From assembly GCA_019057815.1 (NCBI GenBank), contig JAHLWR010000001.1, forward strand, positions 192,001 to 256,000: DNA of 64,000 nucleotides. Reading direction: 5' to 3'. The notes under the pieces were generated by a model that did no database searches, was not told the origin of the DNA, and was given only the letters and a program-made list of their open reading frames with translations. The stretch is from Candidatus Heimdallarchaeota archaeon (GTDB lineage Archaea; Asgardarchaeota; Heimdallarchaeia; Heimdallarchaeales; Heimdallarchaeaceae). The position numbers and the translations under genes were made by a program. Below are positions 57,457 to 64,000 of this stretch, piece by piece; positions within the stretch are counted from its first letter, which is position 1, and each line of letters opens with the position of its first letter.

Positions 57457-58917
57457 TCATTTCAAGAGTCCTGTTTTCTCATTGAATTCAACGATTAACT
57501 CATCTATATCTTTACTCAACAGTGGAATAGTTCTCCAGTAATCATCGTCATACCATTGATTGTTAAGCTCTTCCAGTTCTCGATTTTGTTGCTCAATCCA
57601 AGTAAAATACTTCAGATTATGAATTCTTTTTTTCTCCATGTAATCTAATTCTAGCATATTATCAATTTTTTGTCCTTGTAAATGAGCATAAAAGTCACGT
57701 ATAGAGTCTTCTCGAGTATATGGACCAATTTTTTGATTCAATTCTTGTAACCGTGATTGATACAATTCCATTGAATCTGTAAAAACAGTAACTATCACAT
57801 CATTTTTTGTTAATTCAAAGTATTTTGCGAATTTAATAGACATAAGCATATTTGCAATGCTAGAGATGCCTAGGAGTGGAAGTTTCTCTATTACTTCCTC
57901 AGTTATTCCCATTTCTTTAAGATATTTTTGACCTTCTTTTTCATTAAATAAACGCATTATTCTCACTGTATCAACATCATCAATTGCAATTACCATATCT
58001 GTATTTTTGATGTTGTGAATCCAGGGTATATGCTTGTCTCCTATTCCTTCAATTTTATGTGCGCCATATCCAGTTAATAACATGGTAGGACATTGTAAGG
58101 CTTCTCCTGCAACAATTTTCATACTAGGGTATATTTGTTTAAGATAATCACCACACCCAAGTGTTCCAGCTGATCCTGAGGTTAATGTTAGACCTCTAAA
58201 CTTGTTGTTACCTAACTCTTTATCTAGAACTTCTTCGATGGCAGGCCCAGAAACTTGATGATGCCACAAATAGTTACCAAATTCTTCGAATTGATTAAAA
58301 ATGAAGAGATTTTCACGAGTTCTTTTTAATTCCCAAACTTTGTCAAAAATCTCTTTCACATTGCTTTCGCTTCCAGGTGTTTTTATAATCTCTCCTGCAA
58401 CTGATTGCAACCACTTAAACCGCTCTGAAGACATTTCTTCAGGTAAGATAGCTATTGATTCACAAGCAAGTAAAGTTGAATCGTAAGCACCCCCTCGACA
58501 ATAGTTTCCGGTACTAGGCCAGACAGCTTTGTGAATAACAGGATTAAATTGTCCAGTAACTAAACGAGGAATAAGACAGCCAAAAGTGGCGCCGACCTTA
58601 TGAGAACCAGTAGGAAAATATTTGCCAACCAAACCAATAATACGTGCTTCCACTCCCGTTATCTCAGGAGGTAATTCAAGATAGTTAACATTATTGAAAC
58701 CACCGCCGTCAGGAACAGGATCATTCTTCCAGTTAATCCTAAAGAGATTTCGAGAGTGAATATCCCAAAGACCAATAGATTGTAATTCTTCTGTAATGGA
58801 AGGAGGAATTAATGTTGGATCTCTTTGCTGTGCAAAAGTGGGTATGATAATATTTCTCTCACGAGCGCGTTGGATAGCACTTTCCAATCCCTTATCATTT
58901 ATTGTTAAATCAATCAT
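57457..58917 (-). CDS. Fold-type II PLP-dependent enzyme (cysteine synthase/OrtB-related)
   Basis: FPTGSHKVGA (PLP Lys), PSTGNYCRGG, GSAGTLG, HKIEGIGD. Confidence 0.85.
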   Translation of the reverse strand: MIDLTINDKGLESAIQRARERNIIIPTFAQQRDPTLIPPSITEELQSIGLWDIHSRNLFRINWKNDPVPDGGGFNNVNYLELPPEITGVEARIIGLVGKYFPTGSHKVGATFGCLIPRLVTGQFNPVIHKAVWPSTGNYCRGGAYDSTLLACESIAILPEEMSSERFKWLQSVAGEIIKTPGSESNVKEIFDKVWELKRTRENLFIFNQFEEFGNYLWHHQVSGPAIEEVLDKELGNNKFRGLTLTSGSAGTLGCGDYLKQIYPSMKIVAGEALQCPTMLLTGYGAHKIEGIGDKHIPWIHNIKNTDMVIAIDDVDTVRIMRLFNEKEGQKYLKEMGITEEVIEKLPLLGISSIANMLMSIKFAKYFELTKNDVIVTVFTDSMELYQSRLQELNQKIGPYTREDSIRDFYAHLQGQKIDNMLELDYMEKKRIHNLKYFTWIEQQNRELEELNNQWYDDDYWRTIPLLSKDIDELIVEFNEKTGLLK

Positions 58918-59039
58918 TAGTAAACCTTCAATTACCAAGTTTCTTTAATTTTGTGTATTAATAGAGAATAAGCTTTGTGGATTTTATTTAAAAATAAACC
59001 AAGAATGCTAAAAATCAGATTTATAGAAGACGGGGAAAA

Positions 59040-60503
59040 TTAATTCAATATCCCAACACGAACATTCTCAAATCTAGTGGGAGCAATTCCATGACCTACA
59101 TAAGCTGCTTGTCCTGGTTCTCCCTTTCCACAATTGGGTGTACCAAATACTCTCCACTCTTTTTCTTTGCATATCCCACTCACACTTCCCCAAAATTCAG
59201 GTGTTATTCCCGTGTAAGTTGCATTTTTTACCATTTCTGTCATTTCACCATTTTTTATTCTGTAGCAAATCTCACTACCAAATTGGAAATTCATTCTTAT
59301 ATCATCTATACTCCAGCTTCTATTTGTGTCAAGGAAGTAGCCTTCCTTTGTATCAGCTATTAATTCATCAAAATCCCAATCCCCTGGTTTTAAATTCACA
59401 TTAGTCATTCTAATGATGGGTATTTTATCATATCCCATTGATCTTGCTGCGCCTGAACTTCTTTCTAGACCCGCTGTTTTAGCTGTTTCGCGTGATGATA
59501 AATATCCCACAAATATTCCTTTATCTACCAATAAGTTGCTTTGAGCTTTTACTCCTTCATGATCATAAAAGAATGTCCCCAAACCTCCAGGCACAGTTGC
59601 ATCAGCAACCATTGTTACTAATTCATTTCCATACTTGAAATTCTTATTTAAGAGATCAGGAGTTAGAAAACTTGTTCCTGCATATGCTGCCTCGTAACCT
59701 AAAGCCCTGTCAAGTTCTGTAGGGTGACCACAACTCTCATGAACTTGTAAAGCCAGTTGAGAATGTCCCAAGATAATAGTTGATTTTTCTTGAACCATCT
59801 TTTTAGCTGTTAGTAGTTCTATCGCTTCTTTTGCAGTCTTTTCAGCTGCTTCAAGTAGATTCAATTCTTCAAAGTGCTCATATCCTCTAGTCTGAAAATC
59901 ACCTCTGAAGCTAGCAGGTAAACTTCGTGTTTGTACTTCTCCACTTTCTATTGCAGTTGAAGCTACCCCCCCTCCACACCAAGTCGTTAGTTGATCTATT
60001 CTTGTTCCTTCTGTTGTATGAAGAACTAGATGATCTTTTCTCGCTATAAAATTACTCGTTGCCACCTTTATTGTTTCAGAATGTGATTTTGCCCGTTTCG
60101 TGCATTCTTGTAAAACACCTATTTTTTCATCGATTCCAACCTCGAAAGGATCCTTTTTGACCGGTGTTTTTACAGTATCTTCATAAATTGGTTCATCAGC
60201 TAATTCAATTTCAAACTTCCTTACTAGTGATGAAGCTTTCGCTATTTTTACAGCGCTTTCAGCAAGTTCTGTTATTTTATCTCTTGTTAATTCATTTGTT
60301 GATGCAAAACCCCATGAGCCATTTTTCAGAACTCTTATCCCCAATCCTCTCTTTTCTGTCCTATTCATAGACTCTAAAGATTCATTCTTGAAAGAGATTG
60401 ATTCTATATGGGTGTCCATAAATCTCGCATCAGCGTAATCTGCTCTCCTTAATTCACAACATTTTAATGCATAGGTTACTAAATCAGCTAGATTTCCGGA
60501 CAT
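59040..60503 (-). CDS. tldD: TldD family metalloprotease
   Basis: GLGIRVL, HESCGHPTELDR, RMTN, CGKGEP. Confidence 0.93.
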   Translation of the reverse strand: MSGNLADLVTYALKCCELRRADYADARFMDTHIESISFKNESLESMNRTEKRGLGIRVLKNGSWGFASTNELTRDKITELAESAVKIAKASSLVRKFEIELADEPIYEDTVKTPVKKDPFEVGIDEKIGVLQECTKRAKSHSETIKVATSNFIARKDHLVLHTTEGTRIDQLTTWCGGGVASTAIESGEVQTRSLPASFRGDFQTRGYEHFEELNLLEAAEKTAKEAIELLTAKKMVQEKSTIILGHSQLALQVHESCGHPTELDRALGYEAAYAGTSFLTPDLLNKNFKYGNELVTMVADATVPGGLGTFFYDHEGVKAQSNLLVDKGIFVGYLSSRETAKTAGLERSSGAARSMGYDKIPIIRMTNVNLKPGDWDFDELIADTKEGYFLDTNRSWSIDDIRMNFQFGSEICYRIKNGEMTEMVKNATYTGITPEFWGSVSGICKEKEWRVFGTPNCGKGEPGQAAYVGHGIAPTRFENVRVGILN

Positions 60504-60661
60504 ATTTCTCAGAGGAATCTAATCATTCTACTTTAAAACATTTTTCGAACTAATTAAATTCTACAAAAAGAACATTCATGTAATCATAATTCCAGATATA
60601 ATGTTTTAAATAATTGACTCTTTTAATATATTTCTAGATATTATTGGTGATGTGAGAAATA

Positions 60662-61465
60662 ATGAGAACGAAAACTGAGATTTTTGTGTTTTGGTGTATT
60701 ATTGGGTTATTAATAACATCCCTGAACGTATCTTCAATGCAAGAAATTCCTGAAATTGATTCTATCACTTTTCATGAATCCGTGGTGAAAGAAGCTGTCT
60801 TTGATTGGAAAGTAGAGAAACATAGATTTGAAGGAGGAGATATTATCGATACAATGTCTTACCACACTCTTCATTATCAAGAAGGTGACACTTTATCCAT
60901 CAAAATAGTAAAAGACCCATCTGAATCTTCTCCTGAAGAAGTAGGTTTTGGAATTTTTGAATATCAACTGAACGGAACACCGTTTTCATTTGAAGATTCA
61001 CTATTTATGATGAGCGATACTCTTCGAACATTTTATTATATATTACTGTATCCAATTCAATACAGTAATAACACTGGTACACATGACTTTTTCGAATTAT
61101 ACTATGAGTATTTATTATTGCGGAAAGAGTCGAAAGAATCAATGAGCGAAGATATAACAATAACTGTTGAATTTGGTAATAAATATCTGTCTTATGAACA
61201 AGATATTTTAACAGAAATAGAAGGTATGTCACTAGAAAGCCATGATAAAGCAATTTGGAACATAGAAACCGGATTTCTGGAAAAATCTGAAACTTATACT
61301 GAGGTTAATAATGATGGAAACATATCATCTTATGAGTCATTAATAGAGCTTCAAAATGGCAGTATCAGTATACCATTCAACTGGATTTATAGCTTGTATG
61401 GGCTAATTTTCATTAGTATATCTGTGTTAGTATTCAGAAAAAGAAAGAAAATTCTTGATAAATAG
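60662..61465 (+). CDS. Exported surface protein with C-terminal TM anchor and basic tail
   Basis: Signal-like N-terminus; WNIETGFLE; ends SIPFNWIYSLYGLIFISISVLVFRKRKK. Confidence 0.75.
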   Translation: MRTKTEIFVFWCIIGLLITSLNVSSMQEIPEIDSITFHESVVKEAVFDWKVEKHRFEGGDIIDTMSYHTLHYQEGDTLSIKIVKDPSESSPEEVGFGIFEYQLNGTPFSFEDSLFMMSDTLRTFYYILLYPIQYSNNTGTHDFFELYYEYLLLRKESKESMSEDITITVEFGNKYLSYEQDILTEIEGMSLESHDKAIWNIETGFLEKSETYTEVNNDGNISSYESLIELQNGSISIPFNWIYSLYGLIFISISVLVFRKRKKILDK

Positions 61466-61541
61466 TTCAAACTTTTTTTTTCTTTTTTCAGTTTAACATA
61501 GAATAACAGAGAGTTCTTGTCCTTTATGTGGTGGTAGTTCC

Positions 61542-62292
61542 TCAATCTGTTTCCCGAAATTCTTGAAGATAACAGTCAATTAACGCTTCAAGTAGGATAT
61601 TTGAATAAGATATAACTACCTTCTTCTCTATAAACTCATCTGTAACATGTAATTTATCCATTCTTCCAGGACCAAAAATCACGAAGGGTGTGTTTTTAGG
61701 AGGGATTAAAATCCCTGCGTCAGTTCCGTAAGCTAACCGATTTTTTCCCCCCCACCCATCTTATGTGCTTTTTCTTTCAAGGATGTAATGAAATCTGATT
61801 GTTCATTATACTCAATTGCAGGGATGGTGAAAATATATTCTAGTTCAGCTTTTGCTTTATTTTCGCGATTAAACTGTGAAATAGTTTCTTCAAACTTAGA
61901 TCTAATCTGATTATCATCAATACTAGATGGTAATCTATAAATGCTGCAACAGCACCTTTCATATCAGTTGAGCCTCGACCATAGATATTATCATCATATT
62001 CCTCTCCGCTAAGAGGAGGATAAGTCCATCGCTTTTTATCCCCTGAAATAACAGTATCAATATGGCCAGTTAGAATAATAGATTTTTCACCCTCACCATA
62101 TTCAGCTATTAGATTAGCATGGTCTTCTTTATATTCTTGGATTTCACATTTGATACCTCCTGATTTGAGAATGTTTGCAATAAATTTTACAGCCTCAATA
62201 GTTCTACCAGGAGGGTTTTCAGTGTTGAACTGTATTAATTTTCTAAGTAAAGGAATAACATCATTTTCAGTAATTGTTCCTTCGTACATCAT
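61542..62292 (-). pseudogene. Decayed tandem paralog of the M20 (ArgE/DapE) peptidase
   Basis: N-part (GHID, GRGSTDMKG) is joined out of frame to the C-part (YRLP...YGTDAG...FGPGRMDKLHVTDE); the catalytic DEE region is missing; second frameshift at the homopolymer ~61741-61753. Confidence 0.85.
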
Positions 62293-62372
62293 TTCTCAAA
62301 TTAATTTAAAAAAAAGAGAATTAAAGGTGTTTCGGGAAGAAATCTTTCTTCTAATATCCTCTTTTAATGCTT

Positions 62373-63506
62373 TCATTTGTAGTGTTTTAGAATTGTATCG
62401 AGTATGATATTTGAATATAATACCACTTCTTCTTTCAAAGTATATTCATCAGTAACGTGCAACTTGTCTAACCTTCCAGGTCCAAATATTGCAAAAGCTG
62501 TGTTATTCTCAGGAACGAGGATAGCTCCATCAGTCCCAAAAGTTACTCCAAAGATTGAACCGTAGTTATCTTTTTCAGCTCTTCTTTTGAGAAGGTCTAA
62601 GAATCTTGACTCTTGGGTCATATCAATTGAAGGTGTATCCTGCATAATTTCCATTTCTGTTTGAGATTTATTGTTTTTATTGAAATCACTTATAATGGTT
62701 TGAATTGATTCTTTAATGGTTTCACGGTCTATATTGGGTATAATGCGATAATCCAATGTGAATTCACAATACTCTGGTACAACATTTGGGGCCGTTCCCC
62801 CCTTTATTTGACCAATGTTCAATGTGGATTTACCAAGAAGATGATGATTGAGATTAGGAACTATTTCTTTCATTTTAGGTATAAGTTCAGTAGCAGCTTC
62901 AATTGAATTAACTCCTAAATGAGGTGTAGAACCATGAGCTGATTCTCCTGTAATTTTTATTTTAATCCATAGTACTCCTTTTTGAGCTTTGGCAATTTTT
63001 AACTCAGTTGGTTCGCCAATAAGAATGAAATGGCAGTTTTCCATCACACCCGCTTTCTGTGATACTTTAGCCCCTTCCATCCCTATTTCTTCATCAGAAG
63101 TAATCAAGAGTTTTATTTTACCATTCAATTTTACATTCTGTTGCTTGAGATATTTGATTACAGCCATGAAAGAGGCAACAGCACCTTTCATATCAGTAGA
63201 ACCACGTCCATAGATTTTTCCGTCATGTTCTTCGCCACTAAATGGAGGGTATGACCATTTAGATTCATCTCCAGCTGGAACTACATCAATATGTCCACAT
63301 AATATAACGCTCTCTTCTCCTTCTCCATATTCAGCTATTAAATTTGCATGGCCTTCTTTATATTCTTGGATTTTACATTTTATACCTAAGTTTTCAAACA
63401 TTTCTGCCAAATATTTTATAGCTTCAATTGTTTTGCCTGGAGGGTTAACTGTTCTAAATTTAATTAATTCTTTTAATATAGGAATTACATCATTTTCTAG
63501 AATCAT
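62373..63506 (-). CDS. M20 family metallopeptidase (ArgE/DapE-like)
   Basis: GHIDVVP, GRGSTDMKG, SDEEIG, GEPT, AHGS, GTDG, HVTDE. Confidence 0.95.
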   Translation of the reverse strand: MILENDVIPILKELIKFRTVNPPGKTIEAIKYLAEMFENLGIKCKIQEYKEGHANLIAEYGEGEESVILCGHIDVVPAGDESKWSYPPFSGEEHDGKIYGRGSTDMKGAVASFMAVIKYLKQQNVKLNGKIKLLITSDEEIGMEGAKVSQKAGVMENCHFILIGEPTELKIAKAQKGVLWIKIKITGESAHGSTPHLGVNSIEAATELIPKMKEIVPNLNHHLLGKSTLNIGQIKGGTAPNVVPEYCEFTLDYRIIPNIDRETIKESIQTIISDFNKNNKSQTEMEIMQDTPSIDMTQESRFLDLLKRRAEKDNYGSIFGVTFGTDGAILVPENNTAFAIFGPGRLDKLHVTDEYTLKEEVVLYSNIILDTILKHYK

Positions 63507-63551
63507 TTTATCACCAAAACTCTTTGATTGTAAGAAATTCTTTTATTGACA

Positions 63552-64000
63552 TTAAATCACTTCTTCTGAAATATGTTTTCTTAATTTAAATTGCTTATAA
63601 TTACTTGGTCGAAGGAAGAGATACGCAATAATACCTATAACAGCTATTAATGCAGCTATATAAAAAGTGATAATATATGCATATGCATCTAAACCAAAAT
63701 CAGTTACTGAAGCCATAACACTATTCGCATATGAAGATAGAGAAGAAAGATAGAGATTAGGATCAGATATTCTAGAAACAATTATAGCATTTGTAATTGG
63801 TTTTGTGAGAAAAGCTATTCCAGTACTCAATAGAATAATATATCCTATCAACCATGAGAGATTTAGATACTTCTTTTTTTTCACTGGAAGTACTTTTTTT
63901 GAAAGTAAATATATCAACAACCCAACAATTACAAGAACCATAATTGTGTAAATCATAATTATTACAGAATTAGAGGCAACAATGGCATCAGCTACTGGTC
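63552..64000 (-). CDS. Membrane protein, probably 5'-truncated by the window edge
   Basis: Several TM helices; the reading frame appears to continue past 63956 to the window end. Confidence 0.6.
   Translation of the reverse strand, partial: PVADAIVASNSVIIMIYTIMVLVIVGLLIYLLSKKVLPVKKKKYLNLSWLIGYIILLSTGIAFLTKPITNAIIVSRISDPNLYLSSLSSYANSVMASVTDFGLDAYAYIITFYIAALIAVIGIIAYLFLRPSNYKQFKLRKHISEEVI

Noticed and set aside
1-64000. CRISPR arrays, rRNA/tRNA genes, IS elements, inteins
   Set aside because: No regularly spaced repeats, GC-rich structural RNA tracts, transposase ORFs or Hint motifs seen by eye; short tRNAs or MITEs cannot be fully excluded without tRNAscan or a repeat search

Overview
AT-rich archaeal window, almost certainly Asgard (Heimdallarchaeia-like), judged from the bona fide actin, ubiquitin, E1, ESCRT-I/II/III, Vps4, Rab-like GTPase and roadblock genes. 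It has three parts. (1) 1-20.1 kb is an accessory region. It holds a 4628-aa exported protein with a polymorphic-toxin-like layout (beta-rich stalk, membrane helices, C-terminal PD-(D/E)xK-like motif), a convergent double-zinc-ribbon protein, a thioredoxin-zincin fusion, a CPBP protease and a scrambled DegT pseudogene. (2) 23-49 kb is rich in eukaryotic-signature genes. It has a Rab-like GTPase, a Ub-E1-UEV/Vps23/Vps28-Vps22-Vps25-Vps4-2xESCRT-III cluster, the membrane-sector A/V-ATPase subunits K, C and an internally duplicated I, a roadblock protein and actin. By-eye alignment suggests two extra ESCRT-I-related genes: a stand-alone Vps28 C-terminal-domain paralog, and a Zn-finger/coiled-coil/PH-like protein ending in a steadiness-box-like hairpin. 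(3) 49-64 kb is housekeeping and amino-acid/peptide metabolism: ECF transporter, tmk, TldD/E, PLP enzymes, MFS, and an M20 peptidase with a decayed tandem copy. No rRNA, tRNA, CRISPR array or transposase was recognised. All family calls come from motif recognition by eye; no searches were run.
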